A stretch of DNA of 64,000 nt, taken from contig CAYPZT010000001.1 of assembly GCA_964415435.1 (NCBI GenBank), positions 870 to 64,869 on the forward strand, written 5' to 3'. The position numbers were made by a program, and so were the translations under genes. The notes under the pieces are model-generated. The model was not told the origin of the DNA. It did no database searches and worked only from the letters and a program-made list of their open reading frames with translations. Each line of letters starts with the position of its first letter. Within the stretch, counting starts at the first letter, position 1. The stretch is from an uncultured Gammaproteobacteria bacterium. Lineage in GTDB: Bacteria; Patescibacteriota; Microgenomatia; UBA1406; GWC2-37-13. This document shows, piece after piece, positions 34,960 through 43,551 of this stretch.

Positions 34960-35895
34960 ATGTCAGAGCCTCTCATATCTCTTGTTATTCCGGTTTACAA
35001 CGAGGAGCACAACCTTGATCCGCTCCTTGACAGACTCCTTCCCATTCTTGAAAACGTAAAATATGAACTCGTTTTTATTGATGATGGATCTACAGACAAT
35101 ACTTTCACGAAGCTGAAAGAACTATCGAAAGAAAACAGACACATCAAGGCCGTCCGCCTTATGAGAAACTTTGGTCACCAGATGGCCTTGTCCTGCGGCT
35201 ATAGTCTGGCGAAGGGAAGTGCGGTGATAAGTCTTGATGCAGATCTTCAAGACCCACCAGAGGCCATACCGGAGATGATTGAGAAATGGAATAAAGGAGC
35301 CGATATCGTGTATGCACGGCGAAAAGTACGTACTTCCGACAGCTTTTTTAAAAGAAACACCGCACAGTTGTTTTACCGGTTTATAAACTTCTTATCCGAT
35401 ACACCCATCCCATCGGATGTCGGCGATTTCCGCCTTCTTGATCGCAAGGTTGTTGACTTTCTGAATGAACTTCCTGAACAGTCGCGTTTTTTGCGGGGGC
35501 TCGTTGCTTGGGGTGGCTTTACAAGTGACTATGTATTCTTTGAGAGGGAAAAAAGACATGCGGGACATACGCACTATACACTTTCTAAGATGCTTAACTT
35601 CGCAACAGAAGGCATTACGTCATTTTCTTTAAAACCTCTTCGCATTTCGATTTATTTTGGTTTTTTTGCATCCGGATTCAGCATTCTCGTTATCGTTATT
35701 AAATCGATTCAGCATTTTATCTTAAATCAGGGCGACTGGCTGCCAGGGTGGGCATCACTTTTCTTCTCTATTGTCTTTTTAGGCGGAGTGCAGCTTATAA
35801 CAATCGGAATTATCGGTGAGTACGTGGGGAAAATCTATCAGCAGGTACAAAAACGTCCGCGCTTTTTAGTTCGTGAGAAACTGAACGTAGATTGA
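34960..35895 (+). CDS. family 2 glycosyltransferase (polyprenyl-phosphate sugar transferase, GtrB/ArnC-like)
   Basis: ISLVIPVYNEE, DDGSTD, DADLQDPPE motifs plus two C-terminal TM helices. Confidence 0.9.
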   Translation: MSEPLISLVIPVYNEEHNLDPLLDRLLPILENVKYELVFIDDGSTDNTFTKLKELSKENRHIKAVRLMRNFGHQMALSCGYSLAKGSAVISLDADLQDPPEAIPEMIEKWNKGADIVYARRKVRTSDSFFKRNTAQLFYRFINFLSDTPIPSDVGDFRLLDRKVVDFLNELPEQSRFLRGLVAWGGFTSDYVFFEREKRHAGHTHYTLSKMLNFATEGITSFSLKPLRISIYFGFFASGFSILVIVIKSIQHFILNQGDWLPGWASLFFSIVFLGGVQLITIGIIGEYVGKIYQQVQKRPRFLVREKLNVD

Positions 35896-35896
35896 T

Positions 35897-36046
35897 ATGA
35901 AAATTATCGGCCTTCTTCTCATGTCGTTTGGGTTGGCTCTTTTGGCATTCGTTGTCTATGCCTTCGTACAGGGAAGGAACGAAGTTTTATCCCCAATACC
36001 CGACAGTACGGGCGTAAAGGTCATCTTTGTCTCTCCAACACCCTGA
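35897..36046 (+). CDS. 49-aa single-pass membrane peptide
   Basis: Own translation MKIIGLLLMSFGLALLAFVVYAFVQGRNEVLSPIPDSTGVKVIFVSPTP. ATG at 35897 immediately follows the GT2 stop codon (TGA 35893-35895), with one intervening nt. Confidence 0.4.
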   Translation: MKIIGLLLMSFGLALLAFVVYAFVQGRNEVLSPIPDSTGVKVIFVSPTP

Positions 36047-36059
36047 AAAGAGAGTGTTA

Positions 36060-36374
36060 TTACTGCGTAGGAATCTCGAATCTAAAGAGTCTGCCCTGAC
36101 CGCCCAGAAACAGGACATCTATCGTGAAGATAATGAGGTAGGCCGCAAGAAAAAGAACGAACCCGATGAATGCGTAACGGAGTGTCGCCTGTGCCTTCTT
36201 GACTTTTTCTGCACTTCCAAAAGCTGTAAGGTACTGAAACCCGCCGATCACCACCATAATGAAGAGAGCTAAAATGATAAATCCCGAAGAGAGTCTGAGA
36301 AGATTTTCAAAAATAACCTCAAAACATTTTAGTGTTGGGACTCCATCTACTACGCAGTTACCCCAAGGGTTCAT
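36060..36374 (-). CDS. TrbC/VirB2-like (T4SS-pilin-like) small membrane protein, paralog A
   Basis: Two TM helices around the motif GGFQYLTAFGSAEKVKKAQATLRYAFIG, the pattern of CPR pilin-like proteins as I remember it. Confidence 0.55.
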   Translation of the reverse strand: MNPWGNCVVDGVPTLKCFEVIFENLLRLSSGFIILALFIMVVIGGFQYLTAFGSAEKVKKAQATLRYAFIGFVLFLAAYLIIFTIDVLFLGGQGRLFRFEIPTQ

Positions 36375-36375
36375 A

Positions 36376-36774
36376 TCATTTCACCAAACTTGGGATGGTG
36401 ATTGGGCAGGTGAGACCGAAGCAGATCAGCTTATTGAAGACCACATTCTCAAGTGTTGCAACTACAGCAAGCACAACTGCAATAAGAATGACGCCTATTA
36501 CAGCCTGCTGAATTTTCTGCTGGGCTTTTTCGACGTTTTCCTTATTGCCACCTGAAGTGACCCATGCCAAAGCTCCTAAAAGGAGATAGAAGAGAGCGGC
36601 AAGACCAGCAATGATAAAAAATCCGCGGATTGCGAATGTCAGAATGTCGCTGAATGTTGGAATTTTAAATCCTAGTTCTCCCTGATTTACCTGAATGCTG
36701 TTCTGCGCTTGAACCGAGCCCGTCAAAAGAAATGCTGAAGCTGTGAGCACAAATGCAGAGAGTTTGCGTACCAT
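36376..36774 (-). CDS. TrbC/VirB2-like (T4SS-pilin-like) small membrane protein, paralog B, with signal peptide
   Basis: Signal peptide ...LLTGSVQAQN; GALAWVTSGGNKENVEKAQQKIQQAVIG aligns with paralog A. Confidence 0.6.
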   Translation of the reverse strand: MVRKLSAFVLTASAFLLTGSVQAQNSIQVNQGELGFKIPTFSDILTFAIRGFFIIAGLAALFYLLLGALAWVTSGGNKENVEKAQQKIQQAVIGVILIAVVLAVVATLENVVFNKLICFGLTCPITIPSLVK

Positions 36775-36827
36775 ATTTAGTTACATCGTACTTAAGGGGA
36801 AACCTTTTGTCAAGGGGATATGCAGTG

Positions 36828-38342
36828 TCAGTCCCATGACTTCCTATACTGCAATGCCTCGCTTATGAAAGTCTGTGTTATTTCATCAGTATCCTGCAGA
36901 TCTGCGATTGTCTGGGCTACCTTTATTATTTTAAAGTAGCTCCGGGCGGAGATGTTCAGTTTATCAACTGAGCTTCCTATCAACTTTTTCGCATCAGCAC
37001 TCAGTTTGCAGTGAGCTCTGACCGCTGAGGCAGACATCTGCGCATTTGCAATAATATCAGTCGACTTGAATCTTGTCTCCTGCCGTCTTCGGGCATTTTC
37101 CACACGCGCCCGTATGGAACTACTCGACTCACTCATCTCGGCTATTTCAAGCTTATCCCGCTCCACAGGAGGAACGTGTATGAAAAGATCTATCCGATCA
37201 AGTAGCGGGCCTGACAAGCGCTTGCGGTATTTAAGTATCGATCCCGCCATACAAGTGCACCTTCTTTTCGCACTTCCGGCATAGCCGCAGGGACAAGGAT
37301 TTGCGGCGGCCAGAAGCTGAAAACATGACGGGAAGATCGTGCTTCCCGCCGCACGTGATACCGTAACAAATCCATCCTCTAAAGGTTGACGGAGCGACTC
37401 GAGTACGGTCCTTGGAAACTCTGGTAGTTCATCAAGAAATAATATGCCCCTGTGAGCAAGGGTAATCTCACCCGGTGCCGGTTTCGTACCTCCGCCAATG
37501 AGTCCTATACGCGAAGTTGTATGATGAGGCGATCTGAATGGTCGATTACTCATGAGGGAAGAATCTGTCAGGAGCCCGCATACTGAGTAAATACGCGATA
37601 TTTCAATAATTTCTTTTTCAGTGAGGGAAGGGAGAATCGAAGGAAATGCACGTGAAAGCATTGTCTTCCCTGCCCCCGGCGGGCCGCTTAAAAAAATGTT
37701 GTGACCTCCAGCCGCCGCAATTTCCATTGCCCGTTTTGCCTGATACTGTCCGTGAATATGGGCATAATCAAAATCAAACTGTGGTTTTGTATGTATGCGC
37801 ACCGAGTCTCGACATACTTCTATTTGCTTCTGCCCATTGAGGTGTAGGATCAAATCAGATAGAGATGAGATCGGATACAGATCAAGTCCTCTTATAAATG
37901 AGGCTTCAATTTTATTATGTGAAGGCACATATATTGTGTGGATCTTCTGTTTACGGGCCATTACCGCAATAGGCAGTATCCCTGTCACCCGACGTGCCCG
38001 GCCCTCAAGCGAAAGTTCTCCAACGAAAAGCGCATCGGCGAGTTTTGATTTATCTATATAACCTGCAGCAGCCAATATGCCAACCGCGATCGGCAGATCG
38101 AAGTGCGAACCATCCTTGGGAAGATCCGCGGGTGCAAGATTGACGGTAATGCGTGAATCCGGCATTTCAAACGAGGTATTGGCGATCGCCGTTCGCACCC
38201 GCTCCTTTGCCTCATCGATCCCTTTACTAGGTAATCCAACGATAGTGAAGGTTGGGAATCCCCGGCCGGCAACATCCACTTCCACCTCTATAAGTACGCC
38301 GTCCAGTCCGACGACCGTACCTGCGTTCACCTTAGCCAACAT
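36828..38342 (-). CDS. comM: YifB/ComM family Mg-chelatase-like AAA+ ATPase
   Basis: N-terminal Lon-protease-like domain, Walker A GPPGAGKT, Walker B LFLDEL, Cys-rich insert CPCGY...C.C, C-terminal ChlI-like domain. Confidence 0.9.
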   Translation of the reverse strand: MLAKVNAGTVVGLDGVLIEVEVDVAGRGFPTFTIVGLPSKGIDEAKERVRTAIANTSFEMPDSRITVNLAPADLPKDGSHFDLPIAVGILAAAGYIDKSKLADALFVGELSLEGRARRVTGILPIAVMARKQKIHTIYVPSHNKIEASFIRGLDLYPISSLSDLILHLNGQKQIEVCRDSVRIHTKPQFDFDYAHIHGQYQAKRAMEIAAAGGHNIFLSGPPGAGKTMLSRAFPSILPSLTEKEIIEISRIYSVCGLLTDSSLMSNRPFRSPHHTTSRIGLIGGGTKPAPGEITLAHRGILFLDELPEFPRTVLESLRQPLEDGFVTVSRAAGSTIFPSCFQLLAAANPCPCGYAGSAKRRCTCMAGSILKYRKRLSGPLLDRIDLFIHVPPVERDKLEIAEMSESSSSIRARVENARRRQETRFKSTDIIANAQMSASAVRAHCKLSADAKKLIGSSVDKLNISARSYFKIIKVAQTIADLQDTDEITQTFISEALQYRKSWD

Positions 38343-38392
38343 GCATTAACTCTATTGGAAATGCCCGCACCTTTTCTATGGAGTATAGTCGA

Positions 38393-38713
38393 CTATTTTT
38401 TTGCGAAGTATTTCTTGGGAAGCCCTTTTAGTTCAAGTTTCTGAAACCAGCCGCGTTTATACATGACGGCAATAACAGCATAAACACCTATGTCAACCCA
38501 TGACTCCTCGATCGATTCGTTGCTCGGCTTCTGCCCAGTCTGAAAAAGATTTTTAAGACGGCTCAGTTTGTCACTTATGCGAAATGCGATTCCCAGCTCT
38601 TCCGTCTCCATAATATTGCCTTTTCCGTAATCTTTATACTTGCGGACAAATACTTCCTCAAACTCTTTTGCCACTGTTTCAAATGCCTCTTCGAGCGTTT
38701 CTGGGTCTTTCAT
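38393..38713 (-). CDS. DUF1599-like protein
   Basis: KYKDYGKGN...GIAFRISDKLSRLKNL resembles the DUF1599 signature (K-x-x-DYG ... R-x-x-DK-x-x-R) from memory; 4-nt overlap with folA. Confidence 0.6.
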   Translation of the reverse strand: MKDPETLEEAFETVAKEFEEVFVRKYKDYGKGNIMETEELGIAFRISDKLSRLKNLFQTGQKPSNESIEESWVDIGVYAVIAVMYKRGWFQKLELKGLPKKYFAKK

Positions 38714-39186
38714 TTTTTTGTTAATTCTAAAAAGGTAAACTCATAACTTCCTTCCTTATGTTTTTGTTCTAAAACTACATGTTTAAACTCTGAGTAATCA
38801 GGAAAAAAAGTATCTGCTTCATACTGGCCCTCTACGATTGTCAAATATAGTTTATCAGCTTTTTTAATGGCGGTTTCATATATTTGCCCGCCGCCTATTA
38901 CAAAAACCTCATCGCTCCCCAGCTTATTTGCCTCGTCAATTGCCTCATCAAGAGAATGGACAACGATACATCTATCTGCGCGAAACGTACTATCGCGCGT
39001 GACAATAATATTAGTCCTTCCCGGTAAAGGACGGCCTATTGATTCATACGTCTTTCTTCCCATAATGACCGGATGACCAGAAGTCAATTCCTTAAAATGT
39101 TTCATGTCGCGCTTTATATGCCACAGTAGCTTATTGTCTTTACCAAGGGCCCTCTTTTTTGTTATAGCAGCAATGATGCTTAGCAT
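38710..39186 (-). CDS. folA: dihydrofolate reductase
   Basis: IIAAITKKRALGKDNKLLWHIKRDMKHFKELTSGHPVIMGRKTYESIG...VIGGGQIY. Confidence 0.92.
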   Translation of the reverse strand: MLSIIAAITKKRALGKDNKLLWHIKRDMKHFKELTSGHPVIMGRKTYESIGRPLPGRTNIIVTRDSTFRADRCIVVHSLDEAIDEANKLGSDEVFVIGGGQIYETAIKKADKLYLTIVEGQYEADTFFPDYSEFKHVVLEQKHKEGSYEFTFLELTKK

Positions 39187-39189
39187 TGG

Positions 39190-40104
39190 TTAGACAGCAA
39201 CCGGAGCTTTAATTGGTGGATGTGGATCGTATCCGACAACTTTGAAATCCTCAAACACAAAATCATCGATGTTTCTTACCCTGGGGTTTATCTCCATTTT
39301 AGGAAAATTTCGGGGCTTTCTTCGTAGCTGCTCCTTAACTTGCTTTATGTGATTACTATAAATGTGCGTGTCTCCAAAGGTGTGAATGAATTCTCCCGGC
39401 TTAAGACCTGTAACCTGTGCAAACATCATGGTCAAAAGTCCGTATGAGGCGATATTAAATGGCACTCCTAAAAATAAGTCTGCACTTCTCTGGTACAGAT
39501 GGCACGAAAGTTTCCCGTCGTTGACATAAAACTGAAAGAACGAATGGCATGGTGGCAACGCCATCTGCTCAATATAGGCAACGTTCCACGCACTTATAAT
39601 AAGTCGTCTGTCGTACGGCTTTTCTTTTATTCTTTTTATGATCATTGCGACTTGGTCGATCTCTTTCCCTTCAGGAGTTTTCCACTTTCTCCACTGTACT
39701 CCATATACGGGGCCCAGATCGCCATATGTTTTTGCAAACTTGCTGTCTGCCTTGATCTTTTCCACAAATTTTTCCTGCGTCAGCGGTTTCTTCCGCTTCT
39801 TCTTCATTGCCTCGGTATATTTCTGGTAAGGCCAGTCGTCCCATATGTGGACATCACGGTCCACGAGGTATTTTATATTCCTGTCTCCCTTTAAAAACCA
39901 CAATAACTCATGAATGATTGCGCGCATGTACACCTTTTTTGTCGTTAGAAGAGGGAATCCTTTCTGAAGGTCAAAACGGATCTGTCTGCCGAAGACGCTT
40001 TTTGTACCTGTTTTAGTCCGGTCGTCTTTGAATTTACCGTTTTTCAAAACATCTCGGAGAAGATCGAGATACTGATACTCGTCAGATTTTGTTTTTCGTG
40101 CCAT
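39190..40104 (-). CDS. thyA: thymidylate synthase (ThyA type)
   Basis: [21 protein letters not shown] active-site Cys, [18 protein letters not shown]. Confidence 0.95.
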   Translation of the reverse strand: MARKTKSDEYQYLDLLRDVLKNGKFKDDRTKTGTKSVFGRQIRFDLQKGFPLLTTKKVYMRAIIHELLWFLKGDRNIKYLVDRDVHIWDDWPYQKYTEAMKKKRKKPLTQEKFVEKIKADSKFAKTYGDLGPVYGVQWRKWKTPEGKEIDQVAMIIKRIKEKPYDRRLIISAWNVAYIEQMALPPCHSFFQFYVNDGKLSCHLYQRSADLFLGVPFNIASYGLLTMMFAQVTGLKPGEFIHTFGDTHIYSNHIKQVKEQLRRKPRNFPKMEINPRVRNIDDFVFEDFKVVGYDPHPPIKAPVAV

Positions 40105-40124
40105 ATGTATAATTGTACTCCAAA

Positions 40125-40556
40125 TTAACCCGTTGATCCAAATCCACCACGCGACTTTGTCTTCATTTTTTTTACCTTTTTGAATGTTACGACTTTGCCT
40201 ATTTTCACAAACATTGCCTGCGCAATGCGTTCTCCCTTTTTGACAACAACATTTTTTTTAGTGAAGTTTAAAACCTGAAGTCCTACTTCATCCTTGTCTC
40301 CAGAATAATCCTGATCGATTACTCCGATTCCGTTTGCAATCATAAGTCCTTTCTTAAGAGGTAGCGAACTGCGGGATGCCAAAAGAAGCATATATCCTTT
40401 AGGAATTTTCACAACAATATTTAAAGGAACAATTGTTGGAGTAAGCGGTTTAACTGTTACATCGGTACGGGCATATAGATCGAATGCTACAGAACCGGAT
40501 GTTTGATAGACAGGTGTAGGAAGTGATTCATCGATGAGTCGTATGGTGATATTCAT
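40125..40556 (-). CDS. dut: dUTP diphosphatase
   Basis: [16 protein letters not shown]-terminal RGGFGSTG motifs. Confidence 0.92.
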   Translation of the reverse strand: MNITIRLIDESLPTPVYQTSGSVAFDLYARTDVTVKPLTPTIVPLNIVVKIPKGYMLLLASRSSLPLKKGLMIANGIGVIDQDYSGDKDEVGLQVLNFTKKNVVVKKGERIAQAMFVKIGKVVTFKKVKKMKTKSRGGFGSTG

Positions 40557-40570
40557 CGGGGGACATTATA

Positions 40571-41755
40571 ATGACAATGTATTTAAGAAGTCAATATGGA
40601 AATATGGCGATTTTGATTGCTGGACTACTGCTCATACTATTTTTTATTTTCGTCTCTATTCAGGGAACAGCTCTGTCTGTCAAAAAAAGTGTCGTACTGG
40701 GTTTTATACTCCGTATTTTTTTTGTCGGCATATCGATAGGAATCATTAACTATGATCTTCAGTCATATCAAATTATTGGTGCTGTTACCCGAGACGGCAT
40801 TCCTATCTATCCCGAACTTGCTCTTTTTCGCTATCCGTATGTGCCATTTTTTCTTTATCTTCAAACTCTTGCTACTTTTGTAAAACCGTACGACATTATT
40901 TTTATAAAACTTGTCATCGTTCTTTTCGATACGGCAATTATTTACCTTTTACATCTTCTTACTAAAAAGAAACAGGTACCTTTGCTTTATGCTATAAATC
41001 CGATAAGTATTTTTATCTCTTCTATCCATGGTCAGTTTGATGCGATTCCATTATTTTTCCTTATAACCGCAATCTATGCATTTCAAAAAAACAGGATTGT
41101 GTGGAGTGGACTGTTATATTCCCTCGCTGTAGCTCTCAAGACATGGCCAATCTTTTTTATCTTTCTTTTTATCAAGTCTTTATCATTGAAAAATAGATTT
41201 TTATTTCTCGCACTCACCATATCGGTCCCCCTTCTAGCAGTCTGCATCTATAGCGGAATCTTTAAAACACCTTTAAATATGATCATAACCACCATTCGGA
41301 CATATCAGCCTGTGTTTGGGGTCTACGGAGTAGGGCTCGTACTTAAAAATGTGTTTGGCCGGGAAGATCTTTATTTCGTAGGAATTGCAGAGAAACTTTT
41401 TCTGTTAAGTTTGTTTGGGCTATCATTTTTTACCCGAAAAAAAACGCTTCCTGAGGAGCTTCTGTTTCTACTCCTGTTTCTGCTTTCCTTTACCCCAGTT
41501 TTTGGCATTCAATGGTTTATGTGGGTTGTTCCTTTCATTCTGATCGTCAATCCCAGAGGAACAGTTGCCTTATTAGGCATTGCCTCTCTCTTTTTACTTG
41601 TGACTTATGCGGGTTGGGGAAGATTTGAGGACAGCCTTGCAATACATCTGGCGGGGATAGCGGCATGGATTGCTAGTATATACGTCTTTATTCGTTACAC
41701 TTCACCCATATCCGTGAGTTCAAACGTTCCGTCTTCGGCGAAATCTACCAAGTAG
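40571..41755 (+). CDS. polytopic membrane protein, GT-C/DUF2029-like (mannosyltransferase-type fold suspected)
   Basis: More than 10 TM helices. Function inferred from architecture only. Possible alternative start at ATG 40577. Confidence 0.7.
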   Translation: MTMYLRSQYGNMAILIAGLLLILFFIFVSIQGTALSVKKSVVLGFILRIFFVGISIGIINYDLQSYQIIGAVTRDGIPIYPELALFRYPYVPFFLYLQTLATFVKPYDIIFIKLVIVLFDTAIIYLLHLLTKKKQVPLLYAINPISIFISSIHGQFDAIPLFFLITAIYAFQKNRIVWSGLLYSLAVALKTWPIFFIFLFIKSLSLKNRFLFLALTISVPLLAVCIYSGIFKTPLNMIITTIRTYQPVFGVYGVGLVLKNVFGREDLYFVGIAEKLFLLSLFGLSFFTRKKTLPEELLFLLLFLLSFTPVFGIQWFMWVVPFILIVNPRGTVALLGIASLFLLVTYAGWGRFEDSLAIHLAGIAAWIASIYVFIRYTSPISVSSNVPSSAKSTK

Positions 41756-42480
41756 ATAGGTAATCCTTTTGCCAATCGTTTTGCCGTTTCAAGAAGATGG
41801 TTCTCCGTCATCTCTGATATAACTTCATAGAGATATTCTGCATCAAGCCCGTTGAAGAGTTTGACCGCGCCTTTTTCAAGAAGTTTTTTTGCGAGCTCTT
41901 TGTGCCGGTCGTTTACAAGTGTTGCATGGAAAACAAATGTTTCGACTTCTTGTGTTCCTTTTTCTGTTTCTAGGAAATATCTCGGCTTAACACTATACCC
42001 GTCTCCTTTTATCTGAAGGACCGCGCCTTCGATATGCTCACCCTGAAGAGCTATTTCCTGTGCACCGCTTTTTTTTGCCTCTTCCGCAATCTCAGCCAAA
42101 GTAAACACGTCTTCCTTTGTAAGTTTGTACGGGGCCGGATCTGTTTTTATCTGTTTCAGGTGCCCACAGCCGGAAGCGACAACATTTGGATCTCCGTGCG
42201 AATCGGTGTGCATCTGAAAATTCTTTATGCCGCCCACCAGTTCAGCTAAAATCTCATACGTTTTCTTCATGTCAACCTCAAACCCGTATGCGTTTCCGGT
42301 TGCCTTGAGAAGTGCAATTTCGCCAAGATCTGCACCGGCAATGGCCAGGGGAGCCAATGCGCGTGAGTCTTCGTAACGACCATCAATGCAACGGCTTATA
42401 AACTTGCTTTCGTTGACTTTAAATTTGTTTGCCTGAACAATTTCGTAGATCTGTTCTTTATCAAGAATTATTTTTGTCAT
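41695..42480 (-). CDS. 261-aa soluble protein, unknown; candidate metal site
   Basis: TATAAT lies 7 nt upstream of the ATG. Cys31-x-Asp-Gly-Arg, His91-x-Asp-x-His95 and Cys105-Gly-His107 are clustered. Confidence 0.75.
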   Translation of the reverse strand: MTKIILDKEQIYEIVQANKFKVNESKFISRCIDGRYEDSRALAPLAIAGADLGEIALLKATGNAYGFEVDMKKTYEILAELVGGIKNFQMHTDSHGDPNVVASGCGHLKQIKTDPAPYKLTKEDVFTLAEIAEEAKKSGAQEIALQGEHIEGAVLQIKGDGYSVKPRYFLETEKGTQEVETFVFHATLVNDRHKELAKKLLEKGAVKLFNGLDAEYLYEVISEMTENHLLETAKRLAKGLPIYLVDFAEDGTFELTDMGEV

Positions 42481-42510
42481 GAAAGTTATTATACAAAAGT
42501 AGTGTAGATT

Positions 42511-42570
42511 CCAGGAGGTTATGATGTAATGTTTATAAAGCGAAAAAGATGTCGCTGAGGTACCCTGCGC
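42511..42570. repeat. left arms of two nested inverted repeats (A: 42511-42529; B: 42557-42570)
   Basis: A = ccaggaggttatgatgtaa, B = gaggtaccctgcgc; their reverse complements occur at 43399-43418 (with a 1-nt insertion) and 43318-43331 (exact). Confidence 0.85.
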
Positions 42571-42592
42571 GGTACGAACTTTGCGACATCTC
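42539..42592 (-). terminator. intrinsic terminator of the 227-aa membrane-protein gene
   Basis: On the minus strand: AGATGTCGC (42591-42583) ... GCGACATCT (42555-42547), then TTTTCGCTTT. The 27-nt loop carries an inner GTACC/GGTAC hairpin. Confidence 0.6.
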
Positions 42593-42606
42593 CTTTCGCC
42601 TAGAAT

Positions 42607-43290
42607 CTACGAGTGGTCGAGACGACCGGCAGAAACTGCGTTCGGAACATTCAGTCGCGGATGAGGGTTGTCAACCGATCGAATACTGGGAATCGTAAAT
42701 CGTCTCACGATGAACAAGCTCATTGTGTTGAGAACAACAAACCATGGCAGACTGCAGGCAAAACACACGACTGTCTCCACGTCACGGATCTTGACCAACC
42801 AACTGAAGAAAGTAATCTTCTGAAGCCAGTAGGTCCAGAACAACAACCCGGAGGCGGTAATCCATCCACATCCTTGTAGATGTGAGCGGACGCTGATATT
42901 GTGACGGAATGTCTCTCTGTATATAAGCAGGTAGACGAAAAACAAAAGTGTAGTGAGCATACTCAACAAAAATCGGAGTGTAGCCGCCGCAAATGCCAGT
43001 GTGGCAAGAATAGGAAGTCCCAAGGTCTCAAAAAGAAGACCTAAGACAAAGTATTCGAACCCAAAGGAAAAGCTTGCGCTACCGCCGAAAATGACGAGTT
43101 TCTTCCATACCCGCCCATCGCCACAGCCGATGACGTGATCCGATGCCGATGCCTCAAAACTTACGTGCCTTGTGCGAAACAGCCAAAGTATGATGGGCAC
43201 AAAACCGATTACTGCAAGCAGTACGGTTAACTCTGGATTCTTACCCAGACTGCCCAAAAATTGACGAAGCACTTGTTCTAAAAGGTACAT
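42607..43290 (-). CDS. 227-aa polytopic membrane protein, unknown; compositionally distinct
   Basis: Strong SD (AAGGAG, 8 nt before the ATG); about 6 hydrophobic segments. My hand counts of five 60-nt lines give 45-55% G+C, versus about 30% in a line of the neighbouring membrane gene. Confidence 0.75.
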   Translation of the reverse strand: MYLLEQVLRQFLGSLGKNPELTVLLAVIGFVPIILWLFRTRHVSFEASASDHVIGCGDGRVWKKLVIFGGSASFSFGFEYFVLGLLFETLGLPILATLAFAAATLRFLLSMLTTLLFFVYLLIYRETFRHNISVRSHLQGCGWITASGLLFWTYWLQKITFFSWLVKIRDVETVVCFACSLPWFVVLNTMSLFIVRRFTIPSIRSVDNPHPRLNVPNAVSAGRLDHS

Positions 43291-43317
43291 GTATTAACTC
43301 CTTATGTGATTTACTCT

Positions 43318-43418
43318 GCGCAGGGTACCTCCATCAATGGTCCAATAAAAAGACTGGATGACTGATGACGATACCCTACCAGAGGTAGGTCATTGGAGTT
43401 ACATCATAACTCTCCTGG
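43318..43418. repeat. right arms of the nested inverted repeats (B': 43318-43331; A': 43399-43418)
   Basis: gcgcagggtacctc and ttacatcataactctcctgg; see the left arms at 42511-42570. Confidence 0.85.
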
Positions 43419-43487
43419 ATGTCAAGGTGCCTGGACTGCCTCCTAACACAGGCTAATAGTGTTTTTAGGCCGTCAAAACAGGCTCAA

Positions 43488-43516
43488 ATTATACTCAATT
43501 GTCCCATAATATTCAA
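43488..43516 (-). promoter_or_regulatory. sigma70-type promoter TTGAAT-17-TATAAT driving a ~190-nt leader of the membrane-protein gene
   Basis: Reverse complement reads TTGAATattatgggacaattgagTATAAT. Confidence 0.6.
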
Positions 43517-43551
43517 CGAGGTGCTTTAGGCAAGAAGAAGATTTGAAGATA

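Noticed and set aside
42511-43418. IS element or MITE call for the inverted-repeat-flanked segment
   Set aside because: There is no transposase or recombinase ORF and no target-site duplication at the repeat boundaries (flanks ...gtagatt and atgtcaa... differ). I report it as a repeat and a finding rather than annotating a mobile element.
43427-43445. AGGAGGCAGUCCAGGCACC on the minus strand resembles the RNase P RNA P4 strand (GAGGAAAGUCCGGGC). The nearby CCUUGACAUCC also recalled the yybP-ykoY Mn riboswitch
   Set aside because: These are short, imperfect resemblances only. I could not find the matching 3' P4 strand, the other conserved RNase P elements, or the paired GGGGAGUAG legs of yybP-ykoY. 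The region is better explained as the 5' leader discussed in the findings.
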